Part shown: piece after piece, positions 47,697 through 57,636 of the stretch
Layout: every line of letters begins with the position of its first letter
Position numbering within the stretch: position 1 is the first letter of the stretch
Assembly: GCA_976226885.1 (NCBI GenBank)
Contig: OZ320317.1
Location: forward strand, 42,408,001-42,472,000
Length of the DNA stretch: 64,000 nt
Reading direction: 5' to 3'
DNA from: Iphione sp. A-MEVVRFRX5
Taxonomy: Eukaryota
Notes under the pieces: model-generated
Databases searched by the model: none
The model's input: the letters and a program-made list of their open reading frames with translations, nothing else
What the model was told of the DNA's origin: nothing
Made by a program: the position numbers and the translations under genes

Positions 47697-50600
47697 ATCA
47701 AAGCTACATAAGAGTAATTCAAACAGACTCTTTACATCTGCTATTCTCGCTGCTCCCTAAACATAGTAAACCGGATCGGGGCTGCAACGAAATCCACGAC
47801 CAAAAATTAAGTACTCCTTGTATTATTGCAGCTTCAACCAATGGCTAGCCATCTGACTTGGAACTTTGGCTTATCACTTTTAAGCTATCACCATTGACCG
47901 ATCGGCTGTATGCAAATAGGCGGACCTCGGTTACAGGAAAAACATCAATGTATGTACGTGATATACTGATGCTAAAATTGAATGTAAGACGAGGATATAT
48001 TAACTGGTGTGTGGGTGTGTGAGTGTCTGGTGGTTGGTTGTTAAAATAAACAAGTTTGTATTTTTGTGAGTGGTGGCCTTTAATTTGTACATGAAGGCTG
48101 TTTGTGCATGAACCTGTGTGATGGAATGTGTGCATATCGCTGGTTGTTAAATGTGTGTGGTTCTATTTACTGCAGTGCACTGCCATGTGTCGGCTCTCCT
48201 CAATGAGTACGTGAATATATTGCTGAATGTGTCTCAGTCCATCCGTACGTGTTTCGGAATGATGTAGGCTTGACTTAGGGAACTGTAAACGTAATTTGAG
48301 ATGCAGCACAACTGGACTCACCGTTGTTGCTTATATTCAGTAAATTGGAAAACCGCAGCATTTGCCGTTTGCCTTTAGACCTAATCATAGAATGTTTCTT
48401 CGTGGTGGGGTAGGTTGGTGTGGTCCTTTGAGCTTGCGATACATATGGCCAGATTCACGGATATGTATCCTCTGCGGCAGGTGTCCTGATGTGACCCAGA
48501 GGGCTTTCCCACAAGAACCATACAAGCATGCATTGGTACAAAAGAGGATGTGCTGCTAAGATGCACCAAATAAAGCTTATAGGATCAATCCCATCGAATG
48601 AGGGGTAAAGTAAAGCATGCCCTGAGGGACATAGCGACAAACGGTTCAGACAAAGAAATGCAATATGTACCCAGAATCTTATGAACAGATTAGATCTGTG
48701 AGTAATTCTTACAAAATGTCTTTTTCTAAACTAGAGCATTTTTTTAAACTAGCGCATTTGTCATTATTTCTTATTTTATACCCGGGGAGACTTGTGCATC
48801 GCAATTTTTCTGTCGATTTTAGCCAAAAAATACCTTATATTCATACATATTCATATATGACATTTTGTAGTATTCCTATGGAAAGTGTTGAGCTAAGCTG
48901 AGGAATACCTTTGTATGTGCTTCTTTTAAAAAATGCCCTTTATGTGATATGTCTACTTTGTCATACAAATATCATGGTGTGTTCATTTCGCTGAGCAAAG
49001 TGGAACATATGTGTCTTCTCACCAAGTACTATATATGTAACTGAAGGCAATACCTTTGAGCTAGCAGTGGTACTTTGAGGGGAAATGTCTCGTGCAAATG
49101 ATACATTCGCGCTACTTATAACATTTTCTTCAGCCCGGTTTGAAATTAAATTGCAAAGTGAATGTATTGTGCGGGCATGTGTACATGTACATTTTACACG
49201 ACAAAACCAGATAAGGTGTGTATGGTCCGGGGTGCCTGGAATCAATGATAGAGGAATGAAAGCGTATGGAGTTTTTTAAAAACATTATTAGCCCTGGTCA
49301 AAATTAAGGCCAAGCTTTAACTGATCAAAACAGTATACAGTTACATATACTTGTAATTTACGCGAACTAATAAAATCCAAAGAAACTCACATCTATAAAT
49401 AAAACCAAACACAAGCAATCCACACAATTAGAACACAACTCAATCAACATCACACTTACTACCAAAAAAGCACAACCAAAACAACTTTCATACAACACAC
49501 CCACAAAATCGAAAGCCCATAAATACCCCAACAACTTCACTAAATTACAACTAGACACATCAATTCACAACTAAATATCAATATACGAAACACAGCCGCA
49601 TTCAAAGGTAGATACAGGCATTCAGCACTATAGAGCCTGCTGACGTTTCAGCCACAAGCAAGTCGGTACTCGTGTAGTGCGCTTTTTATGTCCTACTATG
49701 AATAGAATAGACTGCATTTTCCTGTGTAAGGAATATAACGAAGGTTATTAAGTCCTGTTTCTGGAAAGGAAGATATGACTCCGAACGTTAGATTTGAAGT
49801 AGACTTATTCAATATATATTTACAAGATTGAAAATGTGCAGGTAGTATTGAAATTGTTAAAAGTAACTGAGAAAAAAATTATGAATGAACTGCATAGGGA
49901 GGGAGGGAACCAACCAGAGGCATCAGGAAATGATATGACTATGCAAATTATCTTTCCACGTGGAAAAAGGTGAATCTTTATGACTTAAAAACGCTTCTGT
50001 TTCGAAGCATCGAGTCACAAGTCCCTATAGATTCGCTCCCATATTTTGACAGCCTGTGGGTGTGGCCGAAATTGCATTGGAGGGTTGTTTTTTAACCTTA
50101 GCAACAATGAAGGGTCTCCTTGTGTAGCCAAGTCAGGTAGAATAACTTACACTGTTTATAAGATCACTTTCTGTGCATATCAGACAACACCAAGAAACCG
50201 TTAGTTCCGGTACTGCGTCAATGAGATGTTTCGAGAACCTATCCATATTTCGCACACCATGTAAAAACAGTAGACGGAGGGAGGCGTACGTCCTTTACTG
50301 ACTAGGCTTCTAATAGGTGCTCCGTTTCTATATTCTCTCATGTATGAAAGTAAGCGAGGTCCAGAGACGTTAGTATTATGGTTTTAGGTGCGGATATTGC
50401 ACATGCATGGCTGTCTGCGGTCTGCACATTGTCTGGATTGGTTTTTACACCCAGGTAAAGAGGTTAGCAGTCAGGTTTCATTGATCATTCTTACACCAAT
50501 AATCCACCCGCCTATCTCCCCATCGGTCTTATCTCCGCAACCAAATAGAAAGCATACTACGCTGCGTCTCTTTGTTTTATCTGAAGATTTCAGAATTGCT

Positions 50601-53600
50601 CCTCCTTTTGGGTCTACCCATGCTCGGCAAACAAAGGAACCATTTCAGTATCAAAGATATTCGTGATTCTTGTTTTTATACTGAAAACGCTTTAACACTT
50701 TCCCCAGATGCCGGTAGATGGTTTTGGCATCGTCCCGTCCTGAAGGTAAACATACTTCTTGATTGCCTTTCGCACCTTTCGGTAAGAAAACTCCTCTGGG
50801 CTTTGGCTCACTGTACCGCTAGTGACAATACACATTACCAGCCGATGAAAAATGTAGAAAAAAGTAGAAAAATGAACAACGTGCTGTCTCAAACAGTAAT
50901 GACAATGAACACTGACTCAGTTTAGAAGTTTAGAATTACATATTTTTTGTCGGTCGCAACAAAAAAGGGAATAAACGGATTCATATATATGTGCTGAAAG
51001 AGACTGCTTGATAGACTTTTTCTCCATGGTGCATCAATGTGTTGCCAAGGTCAGCTAGACTCATCTTCCCCGCCCTTGATGTAAGGACACGTGCTCTTGA
51101 ACGATTAAAGACCTTTCGCAGGAGGAGAGAAAATCATCTTGGTGCTATTTAGGCCTGAAGGATATTTGTCTGCTTTACTGTGCCGTACTACACCTATGCG
51201 GCTGGGCCCAAATTGGAAATTTATAGCCAGAAATGCTATTAAAACAAACATGACAAAGTATTACCATTTATTATACTGTATCGGGCGTAATTGGGCCTAA
51301 CTGACTTGTTAAGCATTTTCTGTGGGAAGTAAGATGATGTAAATGAAAAGGAGACGTGGTGTGCTTTGTAACTGCTGCCCGAAGAAATGCTCATTGATAA
51401 AGATATCTGTGAACGATATGTTGCAGATGTTTGCCTAGAAGTGATATTGCCTACGTCTACTTCGCAACAACATTGTCTGCTCACCTACAGAGACCCTCAC
51501 TGCTGACCCAGTCGGCACTGCTGAAATCATGACGTTAAGGCCCTGGTCTACCGATTCCTGACTAGTTTGCGTCGGATCGGATGTCAAGAATATTTAGTTC
51601 TTTTTGGAGCCAACTTGCGCGTTTCTACTGCAACGTAGTCGGGCCGAAAATGAATTCTTGTAGAGGCAACTAAATGACACCTATAAATCTAAGTGTACAA
51701 AGAAGGACAACTCATAGTGAACATTACCCTACGAATTTTTTGCACTACAAGCTTCAGATCCTATTACAAAAAAGGTCGGTGCTTTTTTAGTTCTCCATGG
51801 CTTTTCCTGAACCCATTACATTCAGCAATCATGCAGTCCTGTTCTCAGAACAGGGGAAAGGTGTCAAGGACAGACTGATCTAATTAGCCACTGTCTTTGT
51901 GCCCAGCCTGGCCTTTCGAGAGGGACGATCATAGACCTCTATATCTAACACATGGGCCAAGCACTGCCATAAGGAACCAAAGCCCCACTCAACCTTTAAA
52001 AGGAAATGCTTCATCATTCCCACACGGCTAGAGGTGGGGAAATGCCAATATTAAGTCCTCTATACAGGTCCATGCACATCCGCAGGGAGGCTATGGCTCT
52101 CAGACGGTAATCAGCCCTTTGCTACTTATTCTCAATGGAACCGCTAGATGGCTGGTAAAAATGGAGGCGGGGGCGCAAAAGGAGCGATAACTGACAGTGG
52201 GGGGATGAGGATTAGTTTGAAGAAGAGGCATGGGAGGGAGGAAAGAGTTCCTGCATCCACGTGATGATATGTCGTTCATTGATTGGCCGCTGCTGTTGCT
52301 ATTGCTGCTTGCGATTCGTCCTGTCTCCCGTAGATGTCGCCATGGGAACCTGCGGGTTGCCGACCCATTGACCAGGTTAAAACTCCTCTTTCCGTCTGCT
52401 ACTTTCATCCTGAGAAAGTGGTCCAGCTTGATAGGCCAGCCAGCTATCCCTTTCGAGCGTCGGAAGTTTGGCCGCTCTGCTGCCCTTACAAGGCTCACTC
52501 TCTGCAACTGGTTTTTCCTGCTCGATTTGCTCCTCTCTTCAGTACTATGAATATTTCCTCACACGCTGATACCCCGATATGCATGCTCTCCGTTCCTTTA
52601 TACATACATCCTCCCGCCTTTTGTTCCTGGTCCTCCCTTGCCCAGGTCCTGAATATTTTGGTAAAATCTTCCTTTCTTCTTACCACCCACTCTCTCACTG
52701 TTTTCACTTCTCTCTACCTCTGAACCCCATCTCTCTTCCTGTCTTTCCCTACATTCAAATCACCTCTACTGAAGGCTCCTGTCAACACGTCAGCTGACAT
52801 TTATCTCCTCCATACACTCCTCCTATCCTTCCCCTCCATCATCCAGGTTTTTTTACTGCATTCCGTGTGTACTTTTTCTAAATCGACTCAAGGTCCTGAC
52901 TCCCCTCCTTCACTCATTTCGTCACCCGTATCAGTATTTAGCGCATTTACGGTCCTGCTCAATCTCTCGATCCATACTGCCGCCTTGCCTTGTACCTTTC
53001 CACCGCTACCCTCTAATGCTACGCCCTTTCCCGAAGGGACATCTAATGTTCTATATGTCCTTATACCTTCTGCTACTAGACTGCGATTCTCTGAATGTAT
53101 TGTAACCACTGTGTAGCAGAGTGCAGTGGGGCATGCGGAATGTGGCATGCGGCATTCTGTGCAGCAGGGGGGCATGCGGCACTCTATGCAGTGTGCAGGA
53201 TGCAGCACACGTGCACCACAACGGCAGCGTCAGGGTTAGCGGTTTAGTGCTATATGAGGGGGGTCCCTGATGCTTTATTGTTTTACATGTACGGTTCAAT
53301 TCCTTGCTGAGTTAAAAAAAACTCATCATTTCAAGTCTTGTCATATCGTTATTACGAAAGAGGCGTTACAGTATGGATTACCCCTTCCATCCACCTAATG
53401 ACTTATATACTGCGGCATGACCCAACGACCAGCTTTCTTTCCCACCCACTTATCTACCTACTCATCTATATTGCGACGATCATCCCCTTGCATCTCAGAC
53501 TCACTCATCTCACGCACTCTACCACACACCCTTCCCGCCGACATTTTACCTTATTGCAGGCGTCTTTACATTACAAGCCTACCGTACACTTTCGGCTCAT

Positions 53601-53758
53601 TGATTACAAAACACGGCTGTGGAGTAAAACATGGCATTTTATTTCACGGTTAAGACAAGATAAATGATTTGATTTTTTAGGTCGAGCTAACACCAGCTCG
53701 CCTGTTAATGGTGGTAAAATTTCTTTTTCGATTTCTTGTTGTGGAGAGGGCCAAAAAT

Positions 53759-54883
53759 TTATTTCATGTAGATTTTAGCAGCGTTTGACTTCCAATCTCC
53801 TTTCTTAAGTACCTCCTCCACCGATTCCCCACTCTGAAGGGCATGACGTGTTCCCCCATGCCTAAGGCCGTGAATGGTGAACTTTTCTTTGACTTTTAGC
53901 CTCGTTAAGGCCGCATTCCATACTCTTCTCTTGTATGATATAGGTATGGGATCAGCATTATCAGCGAAGGACACAAGTGGTTGCAACGCAGAGAGAGTAG
54001 GGGATTCTCTCAACATCGCCCAATAGGCACAAATCACTGAGGGTTCTGCTCCTTCATCTAATACCTGGCAGTACATTGGTCTCGTAAGCGTCTGCCTTGT
54101 CTTTGACCATCTTACCGTAAACGTACACGTTTTACCAGTAATACTCAGGTCAGCCCGAGTGAGCTGTCTACGCGAATCAAACAATTTTACAGATCGAGGG
54201 CAGAAATGCGACTGCCTCAATAATGACCTATACATTGCTATCAGGGCGAAGGCAATCGACCTTCCGTACTTTAAACGCGATATTATCGATATAACCTGCA
54301 TCAACAGTTCAATTGTGACTGGGGACCGACAAACAGTGGTGGATGTTGATTCAAGGCGCATAGCCCTGAGAGCATTAGAGACTGGACGGGAGGTCCATGC
54401 GGGACTCGGTCTGTCCATGTCTGCATAATGGGACCTCAATGAGCTTACGATGTTGGCTACAGTCTGTGTCGACACCTCCAGGGCCACGGCCTCCATGAAG
54501 GCACAGATGTGATGTGGTTGAGGGTCTTTGTAGTCGATGTCGTGCGCCAGGCAGAATCCGAGGAAACGTCTGACAGCTGATTTCCTATTAGCCGACGTTC
54601 CCGGCCGTATCGCCTGCGTCTGTCTCGTCTCGGCCCTCCAGAGGAGCCTCTGTAGTGTTGGATCTGTAGAGGAAATGTTTATATTGTATGGCCAGAGGAA
54701 TGAAGCTTTTTTGGCGAAGATGTAAGGACGAGACCATGTCAAGTGCCATCTGCTTGTAATAACGGGATACATGCCATCTCGACAGAGCATCTGCGAGTGG
54801 CATGTCCCGTCCAGGAACATGAGCAAATGAGATCTGGATTCGATTACGTGCCTGAATAAACATGGATAGCCGAATGCAAGCAT
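53759..54883 (-). CDS. Tyrosine recombinase (YR); true start uncertain
   Basis: N-terminal AIRPGTSANRKSAVRRFLGFC. Catalytic residues are R (YRSLLRQSHF), K (WSKTRQ), HxxR (HGLRHGG), W and Y (GDWKSNAAKIY). The frame overlaps pol by 296 nt. Confidence 0.92.
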   Translation of the reverse strand: MLAFGYPCLFRHVIESRSHLLMFLDGTCHSQMLCRDGMYPVITSRWHLTWSRPYIFAKKASFLWPYNINISSTDPTLQRLLWRAETRQTQAIRPGTSANRKSAVRRFLGFCLAHDIDYKDPQPHHICAFMEAVALEVSTQTVANIVSSLRSHYADMDRPSPAWTSRPVSNALRAMRLESTSTTVCRSPVTIELLMQVISIISRLKYGRSIAFALIAMYRSLLRQSHFCPRSVKLFDSRRQLTRADLSITGKTCTFTVRWSKTRQTLTRPMYCQVLDEGAEPSVICAYWAMLRESPTLSALQPLVSFADNADPIPISYKRRVWNAALTRLKVKEKFTIHGLRHGGTRHALQSGESVEEVLKKGDWKSNAAKIYMK

Positions 54884-56576
54884 TTATTACTTCGTCTCTC
54901 GCCCTGTTTGCATTCATGGCCTGTACAGTTGCCTGGTTATCACAACAAATGATGACATGAGTATTATGTGGGCAGCCATAGACAAAGTGCCGGATGGCCG
55001 CGAGACAGTTAATGCATTCAAGTTGGGAGATATGCATGTGAGAGAGTGACGTCGGCCACTTAAACCTATAGTCATGGGTAAAGTCGGATGCACCTGCACC
55101 GGACAATGAGGAATCAGCCACAATGACGTATGTCGGGGAAGGCAAACGATAGTAGGAGTATACATTGAATTCATACATAAGTTGGCTTAGCCATAACAGA
55201 TCACTACGTATCTCTGGTGTGATGTTCACCTGGCCGTCTACTTGGTTGCTTATGGCTAGTAAGATAGACGACAAAAAGCTCCTGGCGATTTTAACAACCT
55301 TAGATGTATGGTTGACCTTTCCAGCTAGGCTTTGAACATATACGAGAGGGGCACGAGAAAGTTTTGTCGCCTCAGTGAAGGCTTGTTGGTACTCATACAC
55401 CTTTTGTGTTGGAATGTGAAGGGTGCACGCCTCAGTATCAATAAGGATACCCAACCACAAGGCAGACCTTTTAGGGGGTTGAACCTTATTCGGAGCAGTG
55501 GTTAAACCTAAACTCTGAAAGAGTGAGAGAATATAATCGTAGTCTGAGTCTGCTTTTTGACGTCCATCCGATGCACACACAAGGTCATCTAAATACATCA
55601 AAGTGTGAATGCCCCAACTCTCGAGATGCCTAACAATAAATTCTGCTACTTTTTGCATCACTACTGAGCTTGTTCGAGCGCCAAATGGCAAGACTGTGTC
55701 AAAAAAGAACTGGCCGTCGTGGTGGATACCCAACAACGGCCAGTCCAGTGGGCATACAGGGAAATGCCTGTATGCCCGTTTTAAGTCGATTACAGACAAG
55801 AAGGGGTCAGTCATATGCGACAACAACTCAGTAAGGTGGTTTACAGATGGAAGCGTGTGGGGCATTTTTTCCCCGTACCAGACACCTTTTTCTATAAACC
55901 TGTTCACATTTGATGTTGAATAAGATAAATCGACAATTACCCGACGGGTCCCATCTGCCTTAGGGGCAGTCATCATGGGCGAGACATTACACCATGGCGT
56001 GAACGGGAGTGACGGATATGGGCCTGATAGGGCACCCAGCTGGGTCTCTGTTGTTATGTACTTTTCGATGTCAGTGGGATACCTAGCCGCTGACGGGTGG
56101 TTAGGGGACACGGATTGGTTACCAAGAGGTGGGCTGGTGTATTGCATTGAGAACCCATACCTCATTCCCGCTAACACCATGGCGTCATGTGGGTGATCGG
56201 CAGCTATCGCTTCCCATTGAGGGAGGCACAAGCACGATGGAACCTGGATACGGCTGCCGAGGGCATTTGGTGTACCTGTAGATTTAACATTTTCATACAC
56301 AGAACACAAAACATGACAAGAGTGGTATGACAATTCTGGCCAGGTGCTGGCCCTAAGATCTGAAAACGGTGAATGAAACCATTTCAAGTGGGGGGCTGGT
56401 TCGGGGACGAGGTCCCCGGATGGATGAAGACTGCCCACAGAGTGCGGGTCAAGGGTGGGGGGTGGTATGGCGTGGCCATCGAGATCCGGACCGTAGAAGT
56501 CGTATGGGTGGACCGTGTTATCTCCACCGGGGAGAGGGGGGTGAGTGGTACCCGCCCCGCCGACGCCCGGTGGGGC
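54588..56576 (-). CDS. DIRS/Ngaro-type reverse transcriptase plus RNase H (open frame of 662 codons after TAG; track ORF 616 aa from a GTG)
   Basis: RT motifs are SPMMTAPKADGTRRVIVDLS, DLKRAYRHFPV, LPFGARTSS and YLDD. RNase H motifs are VADSS, ISQLE, CDNQATV and HVPG...LADALSR. The frame is open up to the TAG at 56579. Confidence 0.93.
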   Translation of the reverse strand, partial: APPGVGGAGTTHPPLPGGDNTVHPYDFYGPDLDGHAIPPPTLDPHSVGSLHPSGDLVPEPAPHLKWFHSPFSDLRASTWPELSYHSCHVLCSVYENVKSTGTPNALGSRIQVPSCLCLPQWEAIAADHPHDAMVLAGMRYGFSMQYTSPPLGNQSVSPNHPSAARYPTDIEKYITTETQLGALSGPYPSLPFTPWCNVSPMMTAPKADGTRRVIVDLSYSTSNVNRFIEKGVWYGEKMPHTLPSVNHLTELLSHMTDPFLSVIDLKRAYRHFPVCPLDWPLLGIHHDGQFFFDTVLPFGARTSSVVMQKVAEFIVRHLESWGIHTLMYLDDLVCASDGRQKADSDYDYILSLFQSLGLTTAPNKVQPPKRSALWLGILIDTEACTLHIPTQKVYEYQQAFTEATKLSRAPLVYVQSLAGKVNHTSKVVKIARSFLSSILLAISNQVDGQVNITPEIRSDLLWLSQLMYEFNVYSYYRLPSPTYVIVADSSLSGAGASDFTHDYRFKWPTSLSHMHISQLECINCLAAIRHFVYGCPHNTHVIICCDNQATVQAMNANRARDEVINACIRLSMFIQARNRIQISFAHVPGRDMPLADALSRWHVSRYYKQMALDMVSSLHLRQKSFIPLAIQYKHFLYRSNTTEAPLEGRDETDAGDTAGNVG

Positions 56577-57636
56577 CTAGTTCTTTGCAGCAGTAGACTG
56601 GGCCTCGGGACGGTCCAGTTGGTCCTGCCTCTTTGCAGAACAATCTGGGCCGGAGTGCCTGGCATCATGTCGGAGGTGTGGTGAGCCATCCTGTCTGCCG
56701 AGGAGCACAACGATGCGCCATCACCATACCGTCGACTGTGTGGCCGTCAGGCTCCAGGCAAGTACCCGCGTTATACATATGGCAAGGGTGGCGTTTCATG
56801 TCGTCGGGGATAGCGCCCTTCACCAGTGAAAGACGTGTACGCAATGCCTGCAATGAGTCGGCCTCAGCCCAAGAGATATGGCCATGGTTTACTTCGTCAA
56901 CCACGGCTAGAGACCACTCCCGCACCGCCGACCATTTTGATGTCATAGCGTCCTCACAAATTTCGGCAATATGTCGGACAATATGCAATGGGGCAGAGGA
57001 AGCCTTGGCAAATGCACAGAGCCCGATGATATGCTCCAAAACAGTGAGTTCATCTGGGTTAGACCTAGCCTTTATCACAGGTATCAGGTTACGTGGCAAG
57101 GCCATGTACGGGCGGGGGAACCTAACGAATTTTTCTCTTATGGGATCGTAGACTCGCTTACCCTTTGAGCAGGGAAACTTGGGCAGTTCGTCCTCCATTA
57201 TATCGTCCAGAGCTCGTATCTGAGCACTATGGCCGATATACGTGTCCTTGGCTTTTTCTTTCTTTGCCGTGGTCGGGGAGTCGAACTCTGAGCCGGATGA
57301 GCCGCCCTCGTCATTGAGGCCCGTAGCTTTTCGTGCGGCCGCCATTTTCAGCTTGCGCCGGGTGACCGGTACACGTGTAGCTGGCTTCTTTCTCTTAGCC
57401 TGGAGTTGTTTCTTCTTTTTTCAGTTTTCCTTCTCGAGGAGGAGACCTTGGAGTGCTGAGTCCATTGTCGAAATTTTGTCCAGTATCTCATTTATATGAG
57501 ACAACTGGACCTGTGGCACAGCCGGCGGGGGCTGCGCGGGTGGCTGCTCGGACTGAGTAGTCTGGCCCGAGCCCGTGGCCGCTGCCGGGTCAGTGTGACC
57601 GGCTGGGCCGGGTTGTTTCTTGCGGCGAGGAGCCAT
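56577..57636 (-). pseudogene. Gag-like ORF with an in-frame TGA (57421-57423) and a probable frameshift near 56700
   Basis: ORFs 57421-57669 and 56665-57345 share a frame across one TGA (N*KKKKQ). ATG is at 57636 (MAPRRKK). The conserved-looking core is WSAVREWSLAVVDEVNHGHISW, followed by the Cys/His region CHMYNAGTC...H...HRC, which continues as HSGPDC in the pol frame up to TAG at 56579-56577. Confidence 0.75.

Larger units (their letters stand above)
53759..57636 (-). mobile_element. DIRS-order (Ngaro-like) tyrosine recombinase retrotransposon, coding core; termini not identified
   Basis: Order is gag, RT/RNase H, then YR. YR overlaps the RNase H end in another frame, and no methyltransferase region follows RNase H. 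Confidence 0.92.

Noticed and set aside
47845-48560. Apparent C2H2 zinc-finger remnants (CGKA...RIH)
   Set aside because: Spacing is incomplete. Other frames resemble decayed LINE C-termini (AFMYKL, SRT...FP), so it cannot be assigned.
50388-50925. Cluster of overlapping short ORFs with protein-like text
   Set aside because: Interrupted by stops, with no identifiable family.
52100-53208. ORFs of 106-135 aa next to the YR element
   Set aside because: No recognisable domain and partly low complexity. They may be a TE ORF1 fragment, but this is unsupported.
57421-57423. In-frame TGA in gag as programmed readthrough or selenocysteine
   Set aside because: The context is TGA-AAA with no visible structure or SECIS. 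A CGA>TGA mutation in an Arg/Lys-rich tract is simpler.
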